Below are positions 35,546 through 47,717 of a stretch of DNA of 64,000 bases, in pieces. Numbering within the stretch: the first letter of the stretch is position 1; each line of letters begins with the position of its first letter. The DNA lies in NCBI GenBank assembly GCA_030390025.1, contig JASTWF010000328.1, positions 1 through 64,000 on the forward strand, read 5' to 3'. Source of the stretch: Squalus acanthias (taxonomy: Eukaryota). The notes beneath the pieces were generated by a model. The model was not told the DNA's origin. It made no database searches and was given only the letters and a program-made list of their open reading frames with translations. The translations under genes were made by a program, and so were the position numbers.

Positions 35546-38497
35546 ATGTCAGCGGAGAAGGCAATAGAGCAAAGTAGCAGTGGGGTAATTAAAAACCAGA
35601 GCGTGTCAGGAAGGGACAGAATATATAAAGATAAAGGTAAAGTAGTAAAGGGGGTAAAAGCAGGAAAAAATTGTCACAAAACATATTTAAAAGTTCTTTA
35701 TCTGAATGCACGCAGCATTCGTAACAAAATAGACGAATTGACGGTACAAATAACTACGTATGGGTATGATCTTGTGGCCATTACAGAAACATGGCTGCAG
35801 GGTGACAACGACTGGGAATTAAATATGCCAGGGTATTTAACAATCAGGAAGGACAGACAGGAAGGAAGAGGGGGTGGGGTAGCTATGTTAATAAAGGAAG
35901 GAATCACTGTATTACAGAGAAATGATATTGGGTCAAAGGATCAGGATAATGAAACAGTTTGGGTGGAGATAAGGAATAATAAAGGGAAAAAAACACTAGT
36001 GGGAGTAGTATATAGGCCTCCTAATAGTTGCAACTCTGCTGGAAGAAGTATTAATCAGGAAATAGTTGGGGCATGTAATAAGGGAACAGCTATAATTATA
36101 GGGGATTTTAACTATCATATTAACTGGACAAATCAAATTGGGCAGGGCAGCCTTGAGGAAGAGTTTATTGAGTGTATTAGGGATGGATTTCTTGAGCAGT
36201 ATGTAACTGATCCTACAAGGGGGCAAGCAACCTTGGACCTGGTCCTGTGTAATGAGTCAGGATTAATTAATAATGTCCTAGTTAAGGATCCCCTTGGAAT
36301 GAGTGACCATAACATGGTTGAATTCCATATCCAATTAGAGGGTGAGAAGGTTGGTTCTCAGACAAGCGTACTGAGCTTGAATAAAGGAGACTATGATGGT
36401 ATGAGAGCGGAATTGATTAAAGTGGACTGGGAAAATAGATTAAAGGGTAAGACGGTACATGAGCAGTGGTGTTCATTTAAGGAGTTATTTTACAACTTTC
36501 AAAAAAAATATATTCCACTGAGGAAAAAAGGGTGTAAAAGAAATGACAGCCATCCGTGGCTAAGTAAAGAAATTAAGGATAGTATCCAACTAAAAACAAG
36601 GACATATAAGGTAGCCAAACTTAGTGGGAGGATAGAAGATTGGGAAGTCTTCAAAAGACAGCAAAAAGTAACTAAAGGATTGATTAAGAAAGGTAAGATA
36701 GATTATGAAAATAAATTAGCAAAAAATATAAAAACAGATAGCAAGAGTTTCTATAGTTATATAAAAAGAAAAAGGGTGGCTAAGGCAAACGTAGGTCCCT
36801 TAGAGGATGAGACCGGGAAATTAATGGTGGGAAACATGGAGATGGCAAAAATGCTGAACAAATATTTTGTTTCAGTCTTTACGGTAGAGGACACTAAGAA
36901 TATCCCAACACTGGACAAACAGGGGGCTCTAGGGGGGGAGGAGCTAAATACGATTAAAATCACTAAGGAATTGGTACTCAGTAAAATAATAGGACTCAAG
37001 GCGGATAAATCCCCTGGACCTGATGGCTTACATCCTAGGGTCTTGAGGGAAGTGGCAATAGGGATTGTGGATGCTTTGGTAATAATTTTCCAAAATTCCC
37101 TGGAATCAGCAAAGGTCCCGGCAGATTGGAAAACTGCTAATGTAACACCCTTATTTAAAAAGGGTAGTAGGCAGAAAGCTGGAAATTATAGACCAGTTAG
37201 TCTAACATCTGTGGTGGGTAAAATTTTGGAGTCTATTATTAAGGAGACAGTAACGGAACATTTAGATAAACATAATTTGATAGGACAAAGTCAGCATGGC
37301 TTTATGAAGGGGAAATCATGTCTGACAAATTTGCTTGAGTTCTTTGAGGACATAACGTACAGGGTGGATAAAGGGGAACCAATGGACGTAGTGTATTTAG
37401 ACTTCCAGAAGGCATTCGACAAGGTGCCACATAAAAGATTATTGCTCAAGATAAAAAATCACTGGATTGGGGGTAATATTCTGGCATGGGTGGAGGATTG
37501 GTTATCTAACAGGAAGCAGAGAGTTGGGATAAATGGTTCATTCTCGGACTGGCAACCAGTAGCCAGTGGTGTTCCGCAGGGGTCGGTGCTGGGTCCCCAA
37601 CTCTTTACAATCTATATTAACGATTTGGAGGAGGGGACCGAGTGTAACATATCAAAGTTTGCAGATGATACAAAGATGGGAGGGAAAGTAGAAAGTGAGG
37701 AGGACATAAAAAACCTACAAGGGGATATAGACAAGCTGGGTGAGTGGGCAGAGATTTGGCAGATGCAATACAATATTGGAAAATGTGAGGTTATGCACTT
37801 TGGCAGGAAAAATCAGAGAGCAAGTTATTATCTTAATGGCGAGAAACTGGAAAGTACTGCAGTACAAAGGGATCTGGGGGTCCTAGTGCAAGAAAATCAA
37901 AAAGTTAGTATACAGGTGCAGCAGGTGATCAAGAAGGCCAACGGAATGTTGGCTTTTATTGCTAGGGGGATAGATTATAAAAACAGGGAGGTATTGCTGC
38001 AGTTATATAAGGTATTGGTGAGACCGCATCTGGAATACTGCATACAGTTTTGGTGTCCATACTTAAGAAAAGACATACTTGCTCTCGAGGCAGTACAAAG
38101 AAGGTTCACTCAGTTAATCCCCGGGATGAGGGGGTGGACATATGAGGAGAGGTTGAGTAGATTGGGACTCTACTCATTGGAGTTCAGAAGAATGAGAGGC
38201 GATCTTATTGAAACATATAAGATTGTGAAGGGGCTTGATCGGGTGGATGCGGTAAGGATGTTCCCAAGGATGGGTGAAACTAGAACTAGGGGGCATAATC
38301 TTAGAATAAGGGGCTGCTCTTTCAAAACTGAGATGAGGAGAAACTTCTTCACTCAGAGGGTAGTAGGTCTGTGGAATTTGCTGCCCCAGGAAGCTGTGGA
38401 AGCTACATCATTAAATAAATTTAAAACAGAAATAGACAGTTTCCTAGAAGTAAAGGGAATTAGGGGTTACGGGGAGCGGGCAGGAAATTGGACATGA
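35546..38497 (+). CDS. CR1 ORF2p (APE endonuclease and reverse transcriptase)
   Basis: 983-aa uninterrupted ORF with [42 protein letters not shown] and FADD. Confidence 0.96.
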   Translation: MSAEKAIEQSSSGVIKNQSVSGRDRIYKDKGKVVKGVKAGKNCHKTYLKVLYLNARSIRNKIDELTVQITTYGYDLVAITETWLQGDNDWELNMPGYLTIRKDRQEGRGGGVAMLIKEGITVLQRNDIGSKDQDNETVWVEIRNNKGKKTLVGVVYRPPNSCNSAGRSINQEIVGACNKGTAIIIGDFNYHINWTNQIGQGSLEEEFIECIRDGFLEQYVTDPTRGQATLDLVLCNESGLINNVLVKDPLGMSDHNMVEFHIQLEGEKVGSQTSVLSLNKGDYDGMRAELIKVDWENRLKGKTVHEQWCSFKELFYNFQKKYIPLRKKGCKRNDSHPWLSKEIKDSIQLKTRTYKVAKLSGRIEDWEVFKRQQKVTKGLIKKGKIDYENKLAKNIKTDSKSFYSYIKRKRVAKANVGPLEDETGKLMVGNMEMAKMLNKYFVSVFTVEDTKNIPTLDKQGALGGEELNTIKITKELVLSKIIGLKADKSPGPDGLHPRVLREVAIGIVDALVIIFQNSLESAKVPADWKTANVTPLFKKGSRQKAGNYRPVSLTSVVGKILESIIKETVTEHLDKHNLIGQSQHGFMKGKSCLTNLLEFFEDITYRVDKGEPMDVVYLDFQKAFDKVPHKRLLLKIKNHWIGGNILAWVEDWLSNRKQRVGINGSFSDWQPVASGVPQGSVLGPQLFTIYINDLEEGTECNISKFADDTKMGGKVESEEDIKNLQGDIDKLGEWAEIWQMQYNIGKCEVMHFGRKNQRASYYLNGEKLESTAVQRDLGVLVQENQKVSIQVQQVIKKANGMLAFIARGIDYKNREVLLQLYKVLVRPHLEYCIQFWCPYLRKDILALEAVQRRFTQLIPGMRGWTYEERLSRLGLYSLEFRRMRGDLIETYKIVKGLDRVDAVRMFPRMGETRTRGHNLRIRGCSFKTEMRRNFFTQRVVGLWNLLPQEAVEATSLNKFKTEIDSFLEVKGIRGYGERAGNWT

Positions 38498-41304
38498 GGC
38501 TGAGTTCGGATCGGTCGAGGCCCTGTGGGTGGCGTAGCGGGCCCAGGGGCTGAGTAGCCGGGTCCTGCTCCTACTTCTTGTGTTCTTTAGATTTGAGGTG
38601 AGGATCAGATCAGCCATGATCTTATTGAATGGCGGAGCAGGCTCGAAGGGCCGATTGGCCTACTCCTGCTCCTATTTCTTATGTTCTTATGTTCTTATGA
38701 TTCATCGGACCTCAATATCATCGGCCTTTGAACGCGGAAGCAAAAAGCACCGTTCACAGCGGGGAGAAACCGTACACGTGTTGTGTGTGTGGTCGAGAAT
38801 TCAGCCGATCCTGTGGCCTGTCGAGACACAAGCGCAGTAACACCGGGGAGAAACGGTGTAAATGTGGGGATTGTGGGAAAGGATTCAAATATCCGTCTAA
38901 GCTGGAAACTCAACGGTGCAATCACACCGGGGAGAGGCCGTTCACCTGCTCTGTCTGTGGCAAGAGATGCACTTATTTCTCTGCCCTGCTGATACATCAG
39001 TGGGTTCACACTAACGAGAGAGAGTTTAAATGCATCAAGTGGGAGAAGAGCTTTAAACGCCCTGAGACACTGATAGAGCACCAGCACATTCACAGCGGTT
39101 ACACATTGTTCAACTGCTCTCACTGTGGGAAGAGGTTCAGGGCATCATCGCACGAGTTCACAGCAGTGAGATGCCGTTCACCTGCTCCATGTGTGGGAAG
39201 GGATTCACTAATTCATCCACCCTGCTGACACACCAACTTGTTCACACTGGGGAGAGGCCGTTCACCTGCTCCGTGTGTGGGAAGGGATTCACTCAGTCAT
39301 CTGCCCTGCTGACACACCGGCGAGTTCACACTGGGGAGAGGCCGTTCACCTGCTCCGTGTGTGGGAAGGGATTCACTCAGTCATCCCACCTGCTAACACA
39401 CCAACTTGTTCACACTGATAAGAGACCTTTTAAATGTTCTGATTGTGAGAAGAGATTTAAAAGCAGAAGTGATCTGCTGAGACACCAGCGTAGTAACTCT
39501 GGGGCGAGACCCTTCACCTGTTCCGAGTGTGGGAAAGGATTTATTAATTCATCCACTCTGCTGAAGCACTGGCGAGTTCACACTGACGAGAGACCTTTTA
39601 AATGCCCGGACTGTGGGAAGTGCTATAAAAGTTCCGGGGAACTGACATGCCATCAAACTGTTCACACTGACGAAAGACCGTTCAGCTGCTCTCACTGTGG
39701 GACTGGGTTCAGGCGGTCATCTGAACTCACTGTACACCAGCGCACCCACACTGGGGAGAGGCCGTTCACCTGCTCCGTGTGTGGGAAGGGATTCATTCGG
39801 TCATCAAACCTGCTGAGACACCAGCGAGTTCACTCTGATGATAAACCTTTTACATGTTCTGACTGTGAGAAGAGATTTAAAAGCAAAAAGGATCTGCTGG
39901 GACACCAGCGAGTTCACACTGGGCAGAGGCCGTTCACCTGCCCCGTGTGTGGGAAGGGATTCATTCGGAAATCCAACCTGCTGAGACACCATCAAGTTCA
40001 CAAGTGACTGCAGGGGTTGGATTCTGCTGTTGTTGCTGCTGTTAATCACATCCAGGACTGAACCATGTTCATTCTGACAGTTGGGGTTTGTTTCTGCTGA
40101 TGTTAATAACTCCTGTAACTGGGCTGGAGTTTAATATTCTGGATAGATGTCAAATAAACCAGCTTTGTTTTAAACACATTGTTGTAGATTTTCGTCTTTC
40201 CCACCTGAGTGTTTAGCATCACCTGGCTGGAGCTCAGAAAGGACAATCTGGGGGAGGATCGTACGGCGGGAACAGAACTTCAGCCTGGACACAGTCCTTC
40301 AGGGCCACACTGAGAGGGGCAAACGGCACTTTGGTCTTTCTCATCTCTCAGCCCGGACAGCAAAGTCGCCGTGCGGGTTAATCTTGAGGCCTGTAAGAAA
40401 TGTGTCCCAGCCGCTCTCTTCCATGGTTCAGAGCTCCTAGGCACGGAACAGAAGGCTCCTTTACAACTGTGTTTAGAGTCAGGAAGAACAACGGTGAATG
40501 CTGGAAACGTGCTGTCAAATCAGAGATTGGTGTCAAACTGCGATCTGTTCCTGACTGAAAGTGAAACAGCAGGTTTAAGTTTCCAGTCTATGAAGATTTA
40601 ACGTGTTTGTGTGACAGTCCTGAGTCTACCATTTTAAGGCAGGCATTAACTCATTTAAAATAAACCCGTTTAAAATAAATTAGTTAAAGTCCATATTAAA
40701 ATAGCAGACGGAGGAGTTCACAGGAGCCTGTTAACTGCTGGTACAATTATACAACAGACATTTGATCTCCAGATAAAGAAGGACCTGCAGCGTGTTTCCA
40801 GGAATTCCCTGTTTTATTGATGTGTGTGTGTTAGACACCAGGATAACTAAAAATACACGACCTGGAACAGCCACGGGAGTGCGATCCCGACAGTTACTCT
40901 GGGATCACTCCCGCTGCGGAACTCCACCACTGACCCTGCTGAAGGTTGTAGGCTCAGGGAGTGGGGCCTCCAGGAGTGGACGGTAAGAAAGCTGGGTTTC
41001 AGTATCCTGACAAATATACACCAAGGGACCAGAGGAATCCTTACTGAGGAACCGTCTGGGGTTTTAACTGCCAGCATAGGTCTCGGGGTGAATGATTCCT
41101 GACTCCCCGAACTGTCTTACATTGAACCCAGTTCAGATCAAGGTGAGTTCAGTTTACAGGAGAATAGGGACAAATATCACCCACAATTGAGGGAGTCAAA
41201 AGCAGCCATTAGAGAAGCTAAGAGATATTTGGAAAAGAAGATGCTGCACCATTGTGGTAATAATAGTAAAAGCTTTTCCAGCTGTGTCAGGAGTCAGAAG
41301 ACAT

Positions 41305-43770
41305 AGTTACACAGAGTTACATCGAATTACAGAGTCTACAGCACAGGAACAGGCCATTCGGCCCAACTGGTCAATGCTGGTGTTTCTGCTCCACACGAGT
41401 CTCCTCCCACCACTCTTCATCGAACCCTATTAGCATATCCTTCTATTCCTTTCTCCCTCATGTGCTTATCTACCTTCCCCATGAATGCATCTGTGCTATT
41501 CGCCTTAACTACTCCTTGTGGTAGCACGTTCCACATTCTTACCTCTCTTTGGGTAAAGAAGTTTCTCCTGAATTCCCCATTGGATTTATTAGAGACTGTG
41601 TTATATTTATGACCTGTAGTTTTGGACTCCCCCACAAGTGGAAACATTTTCTCCAGGTCCACCCTCTATAACCTTTTCATAATCTTAAAGACCTCGATCA
41701 GGTCACCCATCGGCCTTCTCTTTATTCTGGAGAAAAGAGCCCCAGCCTGTTCAGCCTTTCCGGATAAATATATCATCTCAGTTCTAGGATCATCCTTGCA
41801 AAGCCTTTTTCCATCTTCTCCAGTGCCTCTATATCCTTTTTATAATATGGTGACCAGAACTGTGCACTGTACGCCAAGTGTGGTCTAACCAAGGTTCAGT
41901 ACAAGTTTAAAATAACTTCTCTGCTTTTTATCCCTCTGGAAATGAGCCCCAGTCCATTGTTTGCTCCTGTTATGGCCTCATTAACCTGCGTCACTACTTT
42001 TCGTGATTTGTGTATCTGGACCCCGAGATCCCTTTGCTTCTCTACCCCATTTAGATTCTTATTTTCCCAGTAGTGTGTGGCCTCCTTATTCTTCCTACCA
42101 AAATGCACCACCTATCTTAAAATGTATTTGCCAATTACCCTCCCATTCTGCCAACTTGACAATGTCCTCTTGCATGTTGTCACAGTCTTCCTCAGTATTA
42201 ATGATGAACAAGGTCAGAGAATGCAGAGTGTGGGGACAAGTAGCAGAATGGATTGCTGGCTGGCTTCAGGACAGAAAGCAGAGAGTCGGGAGTAAAGGGC
42301 AGCTATTCACAGTGGCAGAAGGTGGGTAGTGGTGTTCCACAAGGATCAGTGCTGGGACCACTGCTGTTCACAATTTACATTAACGATGAAGACTTTGGAA
42401 TCAAAAACACAATTTCTAAATTTGCGGATGACACCAAATTGGGGGGTCAGTCAATACTGAGGAGACTGCAACAAAGGGGGCGGGGCTAGTCAATACTGAG
42501 GAGACTGCAACAAAGGGGGCGGGGCTAGTCAACACTGAGGAGACTGCAACAAAGGGGGCGGGGCTAGTCAATACTGAGGAGACTGCAACAAAGGGGGCGG
42601 GGCTAGTCAATACTGAGGAGACTGCAACAAAGGGGGCGGGGCTAGTCAATACTCAGGAGACTGCAACAAAGGGGGCGGGGCTAGTCAATACTGAGGAGAC
42701 TGCAACAAAGGGGGCGGGGCTAGTCAATACTGGAGACTGCAACAAATTACAGAGGGACATTAATAAACTTGCAGAATGGGCATATAATTAACAAATTAAG
42801 TTCAACACAGATAAATGTGAGGTGTTACATTTTGGTAGGACGAATAGGGAGGTCACTTATCATTTGGAGGGTGCAAGTCTAGGTGCGGTAGAGGAACAAA
42901 GGGATCTCAGAGTACAAATACATAAATCACTAAAAGTTGTGACACAGGTTAGCAAGGCCATAAAAAAAGCAAACCAAGCACTAGGGTTTATTTCTAGAGG
43001 AATAGAATTGAAAAGTAGAGAAGTTATGCTAAACCTGTATCGAACCTTGGCTAGGCCACACTTAGAGTACTGTGTACAGTTCTGGTCACCATATTATAAA
43101 AAGGATATAGAGGCACTGGAGAGAAGATTTGCAAGGATGATACCAGAAATGCGAGGGTATACATATCAGGAAAGGATGAACAGGCTGGGTCTCTTTTCTC
43201 TTGAAAAAAGGTTGAGGGGTCACCTAATAGAGGTCTTTAAAATTGTGAAAGGTTTTGATAGAGTGGATACAGAGAGAATGTTTCCACTTGTGGGGAAGAG
43301 CATAACCAGAGGCCATCAATATAAGATCGTCACCAAGAAATCCAATAGGGAATTCAGAAGAAACTTCTTTACCCAAAGAGTGGTGAGAATGTGGAACTCA
43401 CTACCACAGGGAGTGGTTGAAGCGAATAGTATAGATGTATTTACGGGGAGGCTGGACAAGCATATGAGGGAGAAGGGAATAGAGGGTTATGCTGATAGAT
43501 TTAGATGAGGACAGGCTGGAGGAGGCTCGTGTGGAGCATAAACGCCGGCATGGACTGGTTGGGCCGAATGGCCTGTTTCTGTGCCGTATATCCTGTGTAA
43601 TCCTATTAATTAACTCTACCTCCCAATTTGGTGTCATCGACAAATTTTTTAATTCGATTCCCAAGTTCAAATCGTTTCTGTAAATGGTGAACAACAGTGG
43701 TCCCAGCACCGATCCCCGTGGAACACCACTTCCCACCTTCCGCCCGTCTGAGTAAATACCTTTAACTCAT
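41305..43770. mobile_element. Minus-strand CR1 (41305-42202 and 43604-43770) interrupted by a plus-strand CR1 (42203-43603)
   Basis: CR1 ORF2 fragments on both strands. Candidate TSD tattaat at 42196-42202 and 43604-43610. Confidence 0.8.
42449..42745. repeat. 39-bp tandem expansion inside CR1 RT coding sequence, about 7.5 copies
   Basis: Unit agtcaatactgaggagactgcaacaaagggggcggggct, immediately after FADDTKLGG. Confidence 0.92.
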
Positions 43771-44244
43771 CCCGTTACTATAACTGCACTTGTCTCCATT
43801 CCCGTGCCGAGGGGATTGCTGTACCAGATGGGAGGGGCAACATTTGGGGACTCTCGATTCTCCACCAATTCCCATTCCCCTTCTTTCTGGTGGATAATGG
43901 AGGTGCCACTGTGTGTAATGTGCAAGTCAGTAAGAATTGTCAGCAAGGATTAATCAGCACTTTCTAATTGGAGATGTTAATCAGCAGAACCTTTCAGACA
44001 TTGAATTGTAGATTTTGTACCAAAGATTAATATACGATTGAAGTAAAAGTTCATAATTTTATTGTAAAATAATTCAGGGACTTTCATCAGAAATTAAGGG
44101 GATAGATCAGACAGCGGTTCTTAAACAAACACTGCAGCCCCGACAAGTCAATCAGCTATATATCCAGAATATTAAACTCCAGCCCAGTTATAGGGGTTAT
44201 TAACATCAGCAGAAACAAACCCCAACTGTCAGAATGAACATGGT

Positions 44245-45068
44245 TCAGTCCTGGATGTGATTAACAGCAGCGACAGCAGAATCCAACCCCTGCAGCCACT
44301 TGTGAACTCGCTGATGTTTCAGCAGGCTGGACGATGGAGAGAAACCCTTCTCACACATGGAGCAGGTGAACGGCCTCTCCCCAGTGTGAACTCGGTGGTG
44401 TGTTAAGCAGGTGGGATGACTGAGTGAATTCCTTCCCACACACGGAGCAGGTGAACGGCCTCTCCCCAGTGTGAACTCGCTGGTGTAGAATGAGGTTGGA
44501 TGACTGCTTGAATCTCTTCCCACAGTGAGTGCAGCTGAATGGTCTCTCGTCAGTGTGAACTCACTGATGTGTCTGGAGAATGGACGAGCGAGTGAATCCC
44601 TTCCCATACACGGAGCAGGTGAATGGCCTCTCCCCAGTGTGACTGTGTCGATGAGTTTCCAGTTGGAATGGGTAATGGAATCCCTTCCCACAGTCCCCAC
44701 ATTTCCACGGTTTCTCCATGGTGCGGGTGTCCTTGTGTCTCTCCAGGTTGGACGATCAGTTGAAGCCTCGTCCACACACAACACATGTACGGTTTCTCCC
44801 CGCTGTGAATGGTGCGATGTTTTTTCAGGCTGTGTAACTGGTTAAAGCTCTTTCCACAGTCAGTGCACTGGAACACTCTCACTCGGGTGTGTGTGTCTCG
44901 GTGCTTTTCCAGTCACTCTGATGTTTGATATTTTTTGCCACAGGCAAACATTTCACCTTCCACATTCAGATGATATTCAGGTCCTGATGAATGGAGTGAC
45001 TCTGTCAGATCTTGATGTGATGTTTGGTTTGAGTTTGCGGTGTGTAAATGCTGCCCTTCTCACAGCCT
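44245..45068 (-). pseudogene. C2H2 zinc-finger locus F (5 fingers, frameshifted)
   Basis: ATG at 44719. +1 frameshift ~44405. Usual stop changed to TGG. Upstream TGAs at 44913 and 44756. Truncated promoter remnant at 45150-45245. Confidence 0.82.
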
Positions 45069-45462
45069 GTAAAAGGAGTTTACAAAAGCCATCACTGAGA
45101 GTCCAGGATAGAAATTGACAAGATTCTCTCCTCCTGGTTCCTGGCCAAGGGGGCCGCACATGCTCAGCTCACACTACCCGGGCGATTGACGGGAACTCCG
45201 GACCAATAGGAAGAGCAGGGCGGGGCTGGAGGACTGAGCGGGCGGTTGTTGGGACAACGGCTCCTGTCAATGGAGAGAAATGATCTGGGTTTATGGGGCA
45301 CAAGATCAAAATCTTGAGATGACGCCAAAAAGCGACCATGTCCAACTGTGAAGAGGACTGTAAGTGACTTCAGTGTGAATACACAGGTTAGTAAATGGGG
45401 CAATAGCAAAATACAGCAGGCGCTGGAAATCTGAAATTGAAACAGAAAATGGTGGAAACACT

Positions 45463-46130
45463 CACAGGGCAGGTACAGCATGGGTTAGATACAGAGTAAA
45501 GCTCCCTCTACACTGTCCCATCAAACACTCCCAGGGCAGGTACAGCACGGGTTAGATACAGAGTAAAGCTCCCCCTACACTGTCCCATCAAACACTCCCA
45601 GGGCAGGTACAGCACGGGTTAGATACAGAGTAAAGCTCCCTCTACACTGTCCCATCAAACACTCCCAGGGCAGGTACAGCACGGGTTAGATACAGAGTAA
45701 AGCTCCCTCTACACTGTCCCATCAAACACTCCCAGGGCAGGTACAGCACGGGTTAGATACAGAGTAAAGCTCCCTCTACACTGTCCCATCAAACACTCCC
45801 AGGGCAGGTACAGCACGGGTTAGATACAGAGTAAAGCTCCCTCTACACTGTCCTATCAAACACTCCCAGGGCAGGTACAGCACGGGTTAGATACAGAGTA
45901 AAGCTCCCTCTGCACTGAACCATCAAACACTCCCAGGGATGGTAGAGCATTGGTTAGATACAGAGTAAAGCTCCCTCTGCACTGTCCCATCAAACATTCC
46001 CAGGGCAGGTACAGCACGGGTTAGATACAGAGTAAAACTCCCTCTGCACTGAACCATCAAACACTCCCAGGGCAGGTACAGCACGGTTTAGATACAGAGT
46101 AAAGCTCCTTCTGCACTGTCCCATGAAACA
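45463..46130. repeat. 67-bp tandem repeat, about 10 copies
   Basis: Unit cagggcaggtacagcacgggttagatacagagtaaagctccctctacactgtcccatcaaacactcc. Single partial copy at ~4079-4127. Confidence 0.95.
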
Positions 46131-46144
46131 TCCAACCCCTGCAG

Positions 46145-46903
46145 TCACTTGTGAACTCGCTGGTGTTTCAGCAGGTTAGATGACTGAGTGAATCCCTTCC
46201 CACACACTGAGCAGGGAAATGGCCTCTCCCCAGTGTGAATATGCCGGTGTGTCAGAAGGTGGGATGAACGAGTGAATCCCTTCCCACACGTGGAGCAGGT
46301 GAACGGTCTCTCCCCAGTGTGAGTGCGTTGGTGTTTCAGCAGATCCCTTCTGCTTTTAAAGCTCTGCTCACAGTCAGCACAATTAAATGGTCTCTTATCA
46401 GTGTGAACAAGGTGATGTACAGCGAGGGTAGATGACTGAGAGAATCCCTTCCCACACACGGAGCAGGTGAACGGCCTCTCCCCAGTGTGAGTGCGTTGGT
46501 GTTGCATCAGATGCCATCTACTTTTAAAGCTCTTCTCACAGTCAGAACATTTAAACGATCTCTTATTAGAGTGAACAAGTTGGTGTGCAGTGAGGCTGGA
46601 GGAGTTAGTGAATCCCTTCCCACACAGGGAGCAGGTCAATGGCCTCTCCCCAGTGTGAATACGCTGGTGTGTCAGAAGGTGGGATAATTTAGTGAATCCC
46701 TTCCCACACACAGAGCAGGTGAATGGTCTCTCCCCAGTGTGACTGTGTCGATGAGTTTCCAGCTCAGATGGGTAATTGAATCCCTTTCCACACACGGAGC
46801 AGGTGAACGGCCTCTCCCCTGTGTGACTGTGTCGATGAGTTTCCAGCTTGGACGGGTAATTGAATCCCTTCCCACAGTCCCCACATTTCCATGGCTTCTC
46901 CAT
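46145..46903 (-). CDS. C2H2 zinc-finger protein G (9 fingers, 252 aa, MEKPWKC start)
   Basis: Intact ORF from gcaccATGg to HQRVHK*. Confidence 0.85.
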   Translation of the reverse strand: MEKPWKCGDCGKGFNYPSKLETHRHSHTGERPFTCSVCGKGFNYPSELETHRHSHTGERPFTCSVCGKGFTKLSHLLTHQRIHTGERPLTCSLCGKGFTNSSSLTAHQLVHSNKRSFKCSDCEKSFKSRWHLMQHQRTHTGERPFTCSVCGKGFSQSSTLAVHHLVHTDKRPFNCADCEQSFKSRRDLLKHQRTHTGERPFTCSTCGKGFTRSSHLLTHRHIHTGERPFPCSVCGKGFTQSSNLLKHQRVHK

Positions 46904-47258
46904 GGTGCAGGTGACCTTATGTATGTCCAGGTTGGACAATCCGTTGAAGCCTCGTCCACACACAACACGTATACGGTTTCTCCCCACTGTGAATGGTGCG
47001 ATGTTACTCCAGGCTGTGTAACTGGTTAAAGCTCTTTCCACAGTCAGCGCTCTGGAACACTCTCACTCGGGTGTGTGTGTGTCTCGGTGCTTTTCCAGTC
47101 ACACTGATGTTTGAAATCTTTTCCCACAGACAGAACAGACAAAAATTTCTCCTTCCACATTCAAATGCCGATGATATTCAGGTCCTGATGAATTGAGTGA
47201 CTCTGTCAGATCTTGATGTGATGTTTGGTTTGAGTTTCCCGTCTCTAAATCCTCCCCT

Positions 47259-47462
47259 TCAGTTCCACATTCACTGGTTCCCCTCCCTCTCCTCCCCTGA
47301 AGGTGCTGACTCTGGCTGGGTTCAGTTCTACACTCACTGGTTCCCCTCCCTCTCCTCCCCTGAAGGTGCTGACTCTGGCTGGGTTCAGTTCTACACTCAC
47401 TGGTTCCCCTCCCTCCCCTCCCCTGAAGGTGCTGACTCTGGCTGGGTTCAGTTCTGCACTCA
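47259..47462. repeat. 63-bp ZNF-associated minisatellite, about 3 copies
   Basis: Same unit as at 6.7 kb and 15.6 kb. Confidence 0.9.
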
Positions 47463-47717
47463 TCAGTTGCTGTCCAGTGTGTGACCTGTGTGCCCCATCT
47501 ATGTGTGAACTCTCTGGGAATTTGACCGAATGTGCAGTCCCTCTGGGGACCGGACCCCCGGCCCGAATCGTTCACACAAACCAACTCCCCAAAATTAGAG
47601 TCATTTCTCCTCCATTTACAGACGCTTCCTCTCTGTCCCGGAGTTTGGCGCGGGGCCCCTTTGCTGAGCGAATCGGGAGAAACCGGGAAGCGGCGGGAGG
47701 ATAATGTGGAGTGTTTT

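Larger units (their letters stand above)
33981..38698 (+). mobile_element. Full-length CR1 LINE, 4718 bp, with 6-bp TSD
   Basis: TSD gattca (33975-33980 and 38699-38704), 37-bp tandem 5' array, intact ORF1 and ORF2, (ttcttatg)n tail. Confidence 0.95.
33155..40007 (+). pseudogene. C2H2 zinc-finger locus E, split by a full-length CR1
   Basis: Putative exon 33155-33222 with a phase-2 donor matching the acceptor at 33901. TAG at 33921. Exon interrupted at 33980 and resumes at 38705. Frameshift ~39150. 3' ORF 39171-40007 has about 10 fingers. Confidence 0.8.

Noticed and set aside
45463..46130. CRISPR-like array (also considered for the other regular arrays)
   Set aside because: These are head-to-tail repeats without unique spacers, in eukaryotic DNA with no cas genes.
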